From an uncultured Verrucomicrobiae bacterium (GTDB lineage Bacteria; Verrucomicrobiota; Verrucomicrobiia; Chthoniobacterales; UBA10450): a stretch of DNA of 64,000 bases. The notes beneath the pieces were generated by a model. That model had not been told where the DNA came from. It saw only the letters and a list, made by a program, of their open reading frames with translations, and searched no databases. The position numbers were made by a program, and so were the translations under genes. Numbering within the stretch: the stretch's first letter is position 1; each line of letters opens with the position of its first letter. This document shows, in pieces, positions 51,060 to 62,231 of this stretch. The stretch covers positions 192,001 through 256,000 of the forward strand of contig CAWFGO010000005.1 of assembly GCA_963815455.1 (NCBI GenBank). Reading direction: 5' to 3'.

Positions 51060-51969
51060 ATGCCTCTCGCGCTGCATCCTACATCGAACGTTCCGGCCAG
51101 CAATCTGCAAACCGGCGCGCGCGTCGCATTGCTCGGTCTGGTCATTAACGTGGTCCTGGCCAGCGCCAAGATTGTCGCGGGCATTCTCGGCAACGCCTAC
51201 GTTTTGATCGCCGACGGGATCGAGTCCGCGCTGGACGTGGGCGGCTCGATCGTGATCTGGGGCGGATTGAAAGTCGCCGCGCGTCCGCCAGACGAGACGC
51301 ATCCTTATGGCCACGGCAAAGCCGAGCCGGTCGCGGCCGCGATCGTGGCGGTGGGCGTGCTGGCCGCTGCGCTCGGTCTGGCCATCGAAAGCGTGCACGA
51401 AATTTTTCTGCCACACCATGAGCCTGCGCCGTTTACACTCGCTGTCCTCGATCGTCGCGGTTGTGGTGAAGGAATTGCTTTATCGCTACGTGGTTCGATT
51501 TGGGCGCGACGTCGAAAGCACTGCCGTGCAAACAGACGCGTGGCATCATCGCACCGATGCGATGACCTCCATCGCCGCGTTCATCGGTATTTCGATTGCC
51601 CTGATTGGCGGCGAAAGGTGGCAGGATGCGGACAATTGGGCCGCGCTCTTCGCCTGCGCATTAATCGGCGCAAATGGCTACCGTCTTCTTTCGCCGGCGC
51701 TGCACGAGATCATGGACACCGCTCCGCGCGGCCGGATTGTCGATTCCGTGCAAACCGCAGCGCGATCTGTTTCCGGCGTTGTCCAAGTGGAGAAATGTTT
51801 CATTCGCAAAATGGGATTGAGTTTCTATGTCGATCTTCACGTCGGCGTGAACGGCAGCATTTCCGTGCGCGAAGGTCATCGCATCGCGCACGAAGTGAAA
51901 CGTGCCATTCAGGAGACCGATCAACGCATTGCGGATGTGCTGGTGCACATCGAGCCAGCTACGCAGTAG
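51060..51969 (+). CDS. Cation diffusion facilitator transporter; frameshift near 51450
   Basis: IADGIES, HPYGHGKAE, DAWHHRTD, VLVHIEP. Confidence 0.92.
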
Positions 51970-52043
51970 CTTTCTGGGGAGCGCACTGCCTGCCCGCCCG
52001 CGAGCGGGCGCCTCGCGTGCCGATTCCGGCGCCCTCGCCGGAA

Positions 52044-52766
52044 TCATTCGATGGCACGGACAACCTCGACAAGCGCGTCCGCCAGAGTTGCTTTCGCCCG
52101 CGAGATTGTCTTTGCGAACCGGACCAGGCGAGGAATGCGATTTGGCTTGGTGAGAAAAAACGCGGCCAGCTTCATCATGCTGGTTCGTTGGTTCGCGATA
52201 CTAAATAGAACATCGGGCGGCGCCGGAAACGGCTCTGCGGGTGTGTCGCTGATCACCCGCAGAGAAAGCAGCGGTAACCCATGCTCGGCGCAGGCCCGCG
52301 CGATGAATTCGGTTTCCATATCGACTGCAGCCGCGCCCGTTTCCTTCGCAAGCCGTTCTCGCTCTTCCGGCGTAGCGATCATCTTCGGCGCGGTGACAAG
52401 ATCGACAACGTGCGGCGCAACACTTCGCAGGGCGGGACCAAGTTCGAGTGTCGAGTAGTTTTTCGCGATTACGAGATCGCCCACGATCAGCTGGTCGGTA
52501 AGTCCGCCGGCAAAACCGGCGCTGATCAAGTAATCGAATTGCTCGCCACGGCGAATCCGTCCTGCGGCGGATCGATCTTGGAGAAAAAGCGCGATTCGTT
52601 GCCGGCAGATGCTTTCTCCGACGCCGGTGTGAAGAAGCTCGATCGAGTGATTGTCGATCTTCCCACTGATCGTGCGAATCCCGTTTCGATCGTGATGAGT
52701 TATCTCCTTGAGAAAACGCCGAAAGCGCGAGCTTTCCGCCGGTAACGCAAAGGCAACCGCGATCAT
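52044..52766 (-). CDS. PNP/MTA-SAH nucleosidase family protein
   Basis: AFALPAE, TGVG, SAGFAGG, VDMET, RVISD. Confidence 0.85.
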   Translation of the reverse strand: MIAVAFALPAESSRFRRFLKEITHHDRNGIRTISGKIDNHSIELLHTGVGESICRQRIALFLQDRSAAGRIRRGEQFDYLISAGFAGGLTDQLIVGDLVIAKNYSTLELGPALRSVAPHVVDLVTAPKMIATPEERERLAKETGAAAVDMETEFIARACAEHGLPLLSLRVISDTPAEPFPAPPDVLFSIANQRTSMMKLAAFFLTKPNRIPRLVRFAKTISRAKATLADALVEVVRAIE

Positions 52767-52774
52767 TCTTATAT

Positions 52775-52833
52775 TGTAGCGGCGGTCTCCGACCGTCGCA
52801 TCATCTGTCCGACGCTCAGAGAGCGCCGCTACA
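52775..52833. repeat. GTAG-type REP doublet
   Basis: tgtagcggcggtctccgaccgtcg ... cgacgctcagagagcgccgctaca. Confidence 0.85.
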
Positions 52834-52851
52834 GAGTAAAAGTAAGCGCCC

Positions 52852-53538
52852 TCACTTCGGTGTTGCGACAGCTTGTTCCACGACCTTAATAACGAAGCTC
52901 TTTCTCTCCGCTGCTAATGCGGCCGATTCATTCGGCGACGATGCGGCCGGTATACCGCCAGAAATTACCGAGAGTGAAGCGCGAAATTCTCCTTCGCGAT
53001 TCGCCGGAACATCGACAAGGACACTGACATGATGTTGATCCGGAATTCCTTTCGTGGCTGAGCCGCCAAGCCGTTCTGCGGCGGCGGCAATCTCATCGGC
53101 CACCGAATCGAGCCGTCCGGGAGCAGCCGAAATGCTGACTTCACTCACGTCCAGGGTCGGTGCCGGAGGCAGCGCAGACGCCGCGGCTTGTTCCAGCGAT
53201 TTGGTGATTTGATCGCGAGTTTGTTGTTCGAGCAATTTCCGATTCGGGTTCTTGCCTCGCTGATGGGCAATGATCCAAAGACCCGCGCCAACATTGATGG
53301 CCATGAGAATGATAAATGCGACGCCGACCCGCCACGCCATTTTCCGGCCGCGTGCTGTAACCGCGGCATTGGGCAATAGCACTTCACGGGACTCGCCTTC
53401 CATGCCGGCATGAATCCGGCGGGCGACAGCCAGCTCACGCTGCAATTGCGGATCCGAGATCAGACGCGCCTCGAAATCGGCCCGTTCGCTGGCCGACAAT
53501 TTTCCGTCGAGATAATTGAAAAGTTTATCGGGATTCAT
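52852..53538 (-). CDS. Anti-sigma-factor-like single-pass membrane protein
   Basis: N-terminal YLDGKLSASERADFEARL pattern followed by one TM helix. Confidence 0.65.
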   Translation of the reverse strand: MNPDKLFNYLDGKLSASERADFEARLISDPQLQRELAVARRIHAGMEGESREVLLPNAAVTARGRKMAWRVGVAFIILMAINVGAGLWIIAHQRGKNPNRKLLEQQTRDQITKSLEQAAASALPPAPTLDVSEVSISAAPGRLDSVADEIAAAAERLGGSATKGIPDQHHVSVLVDVPANREGEFRASLSVISGGIPAASSPNESAALAAERKSFVIKVVEQAVATPK

Positions 53539-53794
53539 TTTGCGCAGGCACAGCGTGACGCGAGACTCGCTTGGGCGCAATGGGCAATCTGGGCTGTCAG
53601 AAAAGCCGGGCTCAAATGTCCATCCCGGAATTCACAAAAAAAGCTTGCGTTGGCGCAAGATGCCGCCGCAAAATCGCGTTCATGACCGGCTACCCGTCCC
53701 CTACGGGCTCGCCGCGCGGCGAGTCGCGGCCCCCAAATGCATTTTTGGGAATTTCGCCCGCCAAATTCTGGAGGAGAACAGTGAAAGGATTCTT

Positions 53795-56700
53795 ATGAGA
53801 AATCTCGTCCGTTTTACGTGGCTGGCCGCCCTTGCCGGCCTTTTCCTGATGGCCGCCACCCCGCGCCAGTTGCTGGCCCAAGGCGAGACGAACCCAACCG
53901 GAGTTTCTGGAATTTTTAATGGCAATACTGCGACTGCGGATTCGGTGAGCACATATGATTGTTGGACTGGGAATTTTATGCGCGGCCCCATCGATGACGT
54001 TGTTGTGCCTGGCACAGTTGGTGCCTATCCCCTGAAGTTTAGCCGAACCTACAATAGCCAAGGGTTAGCAGGTTGGGCGCAAGACACATTGGTTTCCGGT
54101 GCTCTGGGAAACTCGATGGGGCAATACTGGCGGCATTCGTACTCCCTTACCGTGGGAGACTGGGGAGGGGGGCCACCGACAGACTGGCACGAAGGTGAAG
54201 GGTTCGTTTTCCCAGACGGCCGCGTGATCTCCGCTGATCCCACTTCTAACTTTCCTCCGATCGAGGAACGATTCGACGATGCAACGCACAATTGGGTGAT
54301 GGCTGATGGCGGGAAAGTTCATCTCGGTTACAGCTGGGGATTTGCTGGGGCCTCCGGCATATCCGCCGACAGCATAATCGATCCTTATGGCCAGGTGACA
54401 ACAATCGAGCATGATCCTCCATGCCAGAACTGCTCGGCCCGAAACCGGATCAAGAAAGTCACAGATGTGGGGAGCGGGAAGTATTTGGAGTTTACTTACT
54501 ACGACCTTCCGGGTGAGCCGGACAGTCTCGGTCTGATCCAGAAGGTGGAGGCACACGACAGTAATGGCGACTCAATGGGGATATCGGCCGAGGTACAGCT
54601 ATGTAAAGCACGATAACCGCTGGTACCTGACCGGGGTGGACTACAGCGATGGAACACATGCTCTTTACACCTGGGATTTCGGTGCAAATCCAGTGTACAT
54701 GAAGAGCGCAGACGATTCGCATTACTCTGGCGCCATGCGTCACATCGAGTATGGCAGCCACAACCACATTAATGGCGAATGGAAACAATGGACCTCAAAC
54801 AACAATTCAACTCTGGTTTCAGGCCTCGACACAAACTTCGAGAACGATGGAAACGGGAATTATGTGCGCACCGAGAAGCGCGGCGATGACGCGACGCGCT
54901 CCTTTACATACAAGAAGGACATTGTAGAAGGCTGCTCTGACCCTCCCGAAGGCCAGCCCCACCCCAACCATTGCCTGGGACCTTTTTTTGGCTATTTGCT
55001 GAAATACACGGACTTCAACGGCAAGCTGACAACGATCGAATATTACGACAGTCAGTATATCAGAGCCGTAACCGACGCGAATGGCAATGTTACTGAATAC
55101 GTCCGGAATTATACCGGGCAGAACGGATCATGGGCGATTACCAAGATCATCTACCATCCTCCTGAGCATGCTAACCTTGCAACGTGTGGCGGCAACTCTA
55201 ACCCATGCAACGACCCCTTCATCGAACAGTCGTTTACCCCCGATCCGGGCACGACGGACCACCACAAATATCCCTACTACCTGGCCAGCCGAACAGCGCT
55301 AAGAAAGCCGGGCGACGCGGCGCACACGACATCGTTTACCCGAAACCCTGCGACCGCGCCCAATCCGAATGCCGTTATCAGGATCGATTATCCAGACGGC
55401 GGGTCCGAGACATTTACATACAACGCGAAGGGACAGGTCCTAACCCATCGCCTGAAGAACAGTGCCTACGAACATTTCGAGTATGACTCAAACTGGCGAT
55501 TAATTAACAAGTGGAATCCTACCTGGAGCAGCACGCCTTTGCCGAATGATCCTAAAGTTAGTTACACTTATTACGGACCCAATGATCATCCGGCGTGGAG
55601 TGAGAGAGTAAAAACTGAAACGCTGCCTGCCAACGGTTCCGGCTTCCAGGCGTCGAATACGTACGAGTATGATCGCGAATTCGTAACTGAACCTGAGTTT
55701 GGATTCCCGACAAACAGCGGGAATGAACGCGCCGGTCGTGGATTGGTGACCAAGATTACGCATGCCGATGGGACCTTTCAGCAATTCCGGCACAACAGTT
55801 TCGGTGACAAGATTTGGGAGAAAAATGAAATGGGTCAGCGCACCGTTTACACCTACGACGAATACGGCCGGGTCACCAACGTCAAGGACCCGCTAGATAA
55901 TCTAGCCACGAGTAGCTATGTGAAGTGGGGGCAGACGAGTAGCTACGTTACGACATCTTCATTGCCGTTTGTCACCACGCTGCCGAGCGGCAAACAGACC
56001 TATTTTTATTACGACGCGAATTGGAGAAAAGATCACGTCACCCAGGCGCCCAATACGGCGGACGCAGCCACGACCTGGTTTACCTATGACGATGTCGGCA
56101 ATCTAGAGACGCAGACAAATCCGCGCGGGAAAATCACGACCTATTTCTACGATTGGCTCAATCGCGTGACCGATGTCGATGATCCAATGGTCAATGCGTC
56201 GCCGGTGGCACACCAGAACAGCCGGGGCCACACGATCAGCTACGATTATTACGGGACCGGCATGAAGGAACGCGAGATTCGGGCCAACGATCAGGAGATC
56301 CACTACGACCAATACGATTCGATGAATAGGCTCTTGCAGGTCACGACGCACCGCGACGCTACCTACGCCGATGTTCGGAGTATGACCTATGATTGGGCGG
56401 GCAACATTCGCACCCGCACGGATGAACGCGGCAACGTGTATACGTATGGGTATGACGAGGCGAACCGCAAGGTAATGCTCTTGTATCCACGAGTCGGGCA
56501 GCATGGACTAGCCGTCTATGAAGAGTGGTCTTACGACGCTGCGGGAAATGTCCGAACGTCCAAGACTCGGGCGAACCAGGTCGCGACGTTCGGTTACGAC
56601 AACCGGAATCGCCAGACTAGCGCGACCTGGAGCGATATACCCCCGCAGTGAACAGGACATACGACCCTGCCGGCCGAGTGCTCAGTGAAATCAGCAGTGT

Positions 56701-58616
56701 CAGCTGTATCAGCGACACCTACGATGCCGCCGGGCGTCTCACCAGCGAAACCCAGCAAATATTGCCCAATTACAAACCGGTTTCGGTAATTTATCATTAC
56801 GATGAGACTGCCGGGAGCGCGGGAAGAGATGGGCTGCGGACGGGCGTCGATTATCCTTACGGCGGCACTGTCGCTTACGGCTACACATTTCGAAATCAGA
56901 TCCAAAGCATCGGCTTTGGCGGCGCGACAGGGAATTATGAATACGACGCGAACGGCAATGAGGGAACCCGAACTTTGGGCAATGGCGCGAGCGAGAGTTG
57001 CACCTACAATGATGTCGACCGACTGACCCTGCTCAATCATGTGAGGAGCAGCACGAGTTTTTCGCGCTTCGATTACACGCACAACAAGGTGAGCGATTGC
57101 CTCACCCGGACGGAGACAGCCGCCGGTGTGGCGAAGCTGGATAAATTTGCTTACGATTTGGATGATCAGGTAACCGAAGCGCGCTACAATTTCGATGAGC
57201 AGCACAGCACGCAGGACCGGATTTGCAATTATGATTACGACGCGACCGGGAACCGGAGCACGATGACCGACAACGGTACGCCGACCAATTACGCGGTGAA
57301 CGAATTGAACCAATATACGGCGGCCGGGACCGGCGCGATGGATTACGATGGGAACGGGAATCTCACCAGCCAGGGAGTATGGACATACGTTTACGACGCC
57401 CAGAACCGGCTGGTCAGCGCGATCAGTCCGAGTAGCCGGATCGATTTCGTTTACGATGCGCGGAACCGATGCGTGAGCCGGACGACATCGATGGGATTGA
57501 TACAGGGGCCGGTGTCGCTTTTCTATTACGACGGCTGGGAATTGATCGAAGAACGCGATGCCGGTAACACTCTGGTTGCACAATATGTGCACGGGGCGCG
57601 CGAGGACGAGATGATCGCCAAGATCGACAGTTACGGCACGGTCTATTATCACACCGATGCCGAAGGCAGCGTCGTGGCATTGACCAATTCGAGCGGAAAC
57701 GTGGTTGAGCGCTACAAGTATGACGCCTTCGGCAAACCGAGCTTCCTCGACTCAACCTCTCAACCCATCAACGGCTCAACCGTCGGCAACCGCTTCTTGT
57801 TCACCGGCCGGGAATGGATGGTCGATCTCGAGCTCTACGATTACCGCAACCGCGCGTATTCACCTGAGTTCGGCCGTTTTCTCCAGAGTGATCCCAAGAG
57901 CTTCGACGCCGATCCGAGTAATCTCTATCGCTATTGCGGCAACGAGCCCCTGGATCGAACCGACCCGATGGGCTTGGCGCCGGTGGAGCAGCAGGAGAAA
58001 AAAGATCGAGACGCAAACGAAGTCGGACGACTCCGAACCCAGCCTTAGCTACGCCGGCGCATTAAGTCGTGGCGTGCATCAAATTTGGAATACGGCGCAT
58101 CATGTTGGAATTACAATGGCCCACACAAGTAACGAAGCACATCCAAATAGAAAATCACCTGAAGGGTTCTGGCACGATACTCCTGGGCCAGACGGCTTGG
58201 TGCCGTTGAGTGCTGAAATGAAGCGCCTGATGATATCGGGTTTACGAACAAATGAAGGCGAAAGTGGAAGCGAAATAAATAAGGCAGTTTGGGTTGATCC
58301 CAAAACGAAAAGCCTCACGCCATCCACTACGACAACAGGCTCAAAGTCGTTTCAAGGCGGGCAACAAGGCTTTCCCCCAATTCCGCCAAAGGGTTCAGGG
58401 CTGCTTATCGGCGCTGATATGCACAGCCACACGTACCCTCCGGGTCGCCTGACAGGAAACGAAGGGCCCGGTGGGCACGACTTTCGCTTTGGAAATGCGG
58501 CGTTAGTTCCTGTTGGCGTCAGATCACCTGGTGGTGCGATCTTTATCTATCGAGCGTATGTCAACGCAAACTGGAAATCGAGTAATAAGTATGGCGTGCT
58601 TGAGGGGCCCTATTAG
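53795..58616 (+). CDS. Rhs/YD-repeat polymorphic toxin with Sec signal peptide and JAB-like C-terminal tip; split by three frameshifts (~54595, ~56640, ~58000)
   Basis: MRNLVRFTWLAALAGLFLMAA signal; many YD repeats; RFLFTGRE, GRFLQSDP, NLYRYCGNEP..DPMGL; tip carries E..HSH..D. Confidence 0.9.
57035..57976 (+). repeat. Rhs core 3' segment, direct repeat copy A (copy B at 60557-61498)
   Basis: Colinear at offset 3522 and near-identical in the central part. Confidence 0.95.
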
Positions 58617-58648
58617 ACATTATCCATTAACTACGTAAACGACCCTGT

Positions 58649-59182
58649 ATGATGGACAAACAAGTGGTTCCCAGAGTCAAAATTCCAAGATCGAGGTTCT
58701 TTCTCCGCACAGTCCTCGCCCTTGCGCTCCTTGGCACTGCAAAAATTGTGGTGACAAGTGCTGAAACCCCGCCTAGTTCGAAAGTCGTTTCATTCAAGGA
58801 GCTTTTGGGTCATCCGAAGCGATATAATGGCAAGCGTCTCTCAGTGCGCGCGTACTTGGTCACGTCCTGCATGCATTGCCGTGAGTTATGGGTAACTGTC
58901 GGTGCGGCTAGGGACCCTCACCAGCATTCCAACACTGTGCGCAACACTATTGCATTCGGAGATTTCGCGTCTAATGGACATTTACCTCAACAGCTTGTGC
59001 GAAAGATACAGAATGGCCAATACGATGGCTACGTTGAGGTTACTGGCATCTTCCGATATGTCCGCGAAACGGAGAACAACCCTTTTACAGGCTTTGGTTG
59101 GCGTGGTCTGGCAGATAAGGAAATAACTGACATTACCGAGCTAAAACCTATGAGACCGCCAATCCCTGCTGGAATCAAGTGA
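58649..59182 (+). CDS. Putative immunity protein 1, exported
   Basis: Directly after the toxin tip; AT-richer than the flanks; hydrophobic N-terminal segment. Confidence 0.7.
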   Translation: MMDKQVVPRVKIPRSRFFLRTVLALALLGTAKIVVTSAETPPSSKVVSFKELLGHPKRYNGKRLSVRAYLVTSCMHCRELWVTVGAARDPHQHSNTVRNTIAFGDFASNGHLPQQLVRKIQNGQYDGYVEVTGIFRYVRETENNPFTGFGWRGLADKEITDITELKPMRPPIPAGIK

Positions 59183-59277
59183 TTTTCCGGAGCAAGGGCA
59201 GGGGCAAAACGGGTCATGTTAGGGTTGCATTGATTTGACGGACAGTGGGCTAAGGGTCAAAAACCCGAGGAACCCAC

Positions 59278-59626
59278 ATGAAGACGCAGTTAAGGAAGAC
59301 GGCTCGCGAGAGGGCGAGCTACACCGAAGAGATACAAGCAGGAGGCGCTGGAGCTATGGCGGTCCAGCGGCCGCAGTGCAGCGAAGGTAGCAGCGGAGCT
59401 GGGCATTCGTCCTCCGTTGCTCTATCGCTGGGCGCATTTGGAACGCACATCGAGCGTTTCGAAAAGCGAGTCGAAGTCGAAGCGCAGCGTGGAAGCGCTC
59501 GAAGCGGAGATCCGGCGCTTGCGCGCGGAGAACGCCAAGCTTTTAGAGCAGCGTGAAGTCTTAAAAAAATCTCTGGGCATCCTCTCCGAAGTGCCGCCCA
59601 GAGGTATGCCCGAATCGAGCAGATGA
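59278..59626 (+). CDS. IS3 OrfA (HTH plus leucine zipper); extra base near 59332
   Basis: YTEE../VAAELGI..LYRW, EIRRLRAENAKLLEQREVLKK. Confidence 0.85.
59563..59602 (+). other. IS3 -1 programmed frameshift signal
   Basis: A7 run at 59563-59569 followed by hairpin ctctgggc..gcccagag; the -1 frame is open into OrfB. Confidence 0.75.
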
Positions 59627-60468
59627 GCGGCCAACACAAAGTCGCCTGGTTATGTGAGGCGTTGCTGGTCTCACGCAGCGGTTACTACGACTGGATTAGA
59701 CGGCGCACCACTCCAGGACCGCGGCAACAACAGAACACGTTGCTACGCCAGCGCATCCGTGAAGAGTTCACTCGTAGTCGTCAAACCTACGGCAGTCCGC
59801 GCCTGGCCCAGGTCCTGGGATGCCCGGGTCGACGCAATCGTATCGCCCGTCTCATGCGGGCAGAGCGTCTCTTCGCGCGACAACGCTCCAAGTATCGAGT
59901 AGCCACCACCGACAGCCGCCATGGCGGACCCATTGCGCCTAACCGGTTTAAACACCTCATCGTCAAACGGCCCAACCAAGTTTGGACGACCGACGCGACC
60001 TGCGTTCTCACCGGCCAAGGATGGTTGTATCTTGTCGCCGTGCTGGATGTCTTTACCCGGCGCGTGATCGGCTGGGCCATGCATCAAATCCTCGATGCTC
60101 AGTTGGTCATCACCGCTCTGCGCATGGCTTTGAACCAGCGTCAGCCAACTACACAACTCATCCTCCACTCCGATCGCGGTCGCCAGTTCGCCAGCGCTGC
60201 TTATCGCCAAGTGCTCGCTCAGCACCGCCTAACCGCTTCGATGAGTCGCAAAGGCAACTGCTACGACAACGCCCACATCGAGTCCTTCTGGAGCACTCTC
60301 AAATACGAACTGGTCTATCACCACCGCTTCAGCAGCTACGCTCAAGCTCGTACTGCAATCTTCGACTACATCGAAACCTTCTATAACCGCGTCCGGCTGC
60401 ACTCCAGTCTTGACTACCAAAGCCCTATCAACTTTGAATCCAAACTAAACCAAATTACCCTTACCTAA
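59623..60468 (+). CDS. IS3 OrfB DDE transposase
   Basis: YGSPR, WTTDAT, HSDRGRQF, GNCYDNAHIESFW, YNRVRLHSSL. Confidence 0.96.
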   Translation: MSGQHKVAWLCEALLVSRSGYYDWIRRRTTPGPRQQQNTLLRQRIREEFTRSRQTYGSPRLAQVLGCPGRRNRIARLMRAERLFARQRSKYRVATTDSRHGGPIAPNRFKHLIVKRPNQVWTTDATCVLTGQGWLYLVAVLDVFTRRVIGWAMHQILDAQLVITALRMALNQRQPTTQLILHSDRGRQFASAAYRQVLAQHRLTASMSRKGNCYDNAHIESFWSTLKYELVYHHRFSSYAQARTAIFDYIETFYNRVRLHSSLDYQSPINFESKLNQITLT

Positions 60469-60556
60469 CTGTCCGAGAAATCAGGGCAAGCCCATGTCTT
60501 TATTCTTGTCATGAATGCATTGGCTAACGAATACAAACGATTCGGTTTAGAATTTT

Positions 60557-62107
60557 AATCACGTCAAAAACAGCACAAGTTTTTCCCGGTTCGATTACAC
60601 GCATAATCGGGTGAACGGTTGCCTCACCCGGACGGAAACGAACCCCACCGCGGCTGTGTTGGACAAATTTGAGTATGATCTGGACGATCAGGTAACCGAA
60701 GCGCGCTACAATTTCGATGAGCAGCACAGCACGCAGGACCGGATTTGCAATTATGATTACGACGCGACCGGGAACCGGAGCACGGTGACCGACAACGGTA
60801 CGCCGACCAATTACGCGGTGAACGAATTGAACCAATATACGGCGGCCGGGACCGGCTCGATGGATTACGATGGGAACGGGAATCTCACCCACCAGGGAGT
60901 ATGGATGTACGTTTACGACGCCCAGAACCGGCTGGTCAGCGCGATCAGTCCGAGTAGCCGGATCGATTTCGTTTACGATGCGCGGAACCGATGTGTGAGC
61001 CGGACGACGTCGATGGGATTGATCCAGGGGCCGGTGTCGCTTTTCTACTACGATGGCTGGGAATTGATCGAAGAACGCGATGGCAGTAACACGCTGGTTG
61101 CACAATATGTGCACGGCGCGCGGGAGGACGAAATGATCGCCAAGATCGACAGCTACGGCACGGTCTATTATCACACCGATGCCGAAGGCAGCGTGGTCGC
61201 GCTGACTGACACGAACGGCAATGTGATCGAGCGCTACAAATACGACATCTTCGGCAAGCCGACCATTCTTGACCCGTCACTCGTCCCTCGTCCCTCGTCA
61301 CTGTTTGGTAATCGCTTCTTGTTCACCGGAAGAGAATGGTTGCCCGACCTGGACCTCTACGATTACCGCAACCGCGCGTATTCACCCGAGTTCGGCCGTT
61401 TCCTCCAGAGTGATCCCAAGAGCTTCGACGCCGATCCGACTAATCTCTATCGCTACTGTGGCAATGAACCATTGGATCGAACCGACCCGATGGGATTGGG
61501 GTCTGTTATTGTCGATGGTGAAACGGACATTTTGACACAACAAGCTGGCGATCAAAATAGGGCGGCATCACTTAATGAGCCTTGGTATCGGCACACGGTT
61601 CGATGGGGAGGACGGCAAATGGAGAGATCGGAATACGGGACGACCGTCTGGCAACAGGATGGAACAACCAATAAGGGAAAATCCTCTGTCTATACCAATT
61701 TCAGTAATCAGTTTGTAATCCCAAAAGACTATGTCGGCAAGACCTCGTTGGTCTATACGCATTTTCATCCAAACGATGATTTCAGTAGGGCTACTGGGTC
61801 TCATTTGTCGATCGGTGATGTCTCTGTTGCGATTGCGACGGGGAAGACCGTTCAAGTACGGACGGTGTCTGGCATAGAGGAAAGGTACAGACCATCCAAT
61901 AAACGAACGTGGGAGCAACGATATGACGAAGGGGGAATTTATGAACAGCGAGATGGCAAAGGTAAATGGTCTCAATTGCCGACCGGAAGGAATGACATAC
62001 CTTACTATCGTGTTGAGAAGGCAGCTCACGCTCCCAGGCCCGCCCCGCTCGAGGCTACGCGTTCTGAACCCCGAACCCACATTTACTTTATTCAAATCAT
62101 ACACTAA
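60557..62107 (+). CDS. Orphan Rhs module: 5'-truncated core plus a different JAB/DUF4329-like toxin tip
   Basis: Copy of the core up to DPMGL, then SEYGTTVW..THFHP..LSIGD. Confidence 0.88.
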   Translation, partial: NHVKNSTSFSRFDYTHNRVNGCLTRTETNPTAAVLDKFEYDLDDQVTEARYNFDEQHSTQDRICNYDYDATGNRSTVTDNGTPTNYAVNELNQYTAAGTGSMDYDGNGNLTHQGVWMYVYDAQNRLVSAISPSSRIDFVYDARNRCVSRTTSMGLIQGPVSLFYYDGWELIEERDGSNTLVAQYVHGAREDEMIAKIDSYGTVYYHTDAEGSVVALTDTNGNVIERYKYDIFGKPTILDPSLVPRPSSLFGNRFLFTGREWLPDLDLYDYRNRAYSPEFGRFLQSDPKSFDADPTNLYRYCGNEPLDRTDPMGLGSVIVDGETDILTQQAGDQNRAASLNEPWYRHTVRWGGRQMERSEYGTTVWQQDGTTNKGKSSVYTNFSNQFVIPKDYVGKTSLVYTHFHPNDDFSRATGSHLSIGDVSVAIATGKTVQVRTVSGIEERYRPSNKRTWEQRYDEGGIYEQRDGKGKWSQLPTGRNDIPYYRVEKAAHAPRPAPLEATRSEPRTHIYFIQIIH

Positions 62108-62231
62108 CCGAAAATGGTGAAGGTAATCGCAATGATCTGTCTGGCTTCAAGTAGATCGAGTGAATCGAAGTATCGTTCATGCGCTGAATGCCAACGACTG
62201 TGCTTTTTTGCGCGGACCGCGACCTAAGGTA

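Larger units (their letters stand above)
59220..60494 (+). mobile_element. IS3-family insertion sequence, 1275 bp, with 3-bp TGT target duplication
   Basis: IRL tagggttgcattgatttgacggacagt and IRR actgtccgagaaatcagggcaagccca (21/27 match); tgt at 59217-59219 and 60495-60497. Confidence 0.93.

Noticed and set aside
52852..53538. ECF sigma/anti-sigma control of the Rhs island
   Set aside because: No sigma factor gene is in the window and the anti-sigma call is itself tentative.
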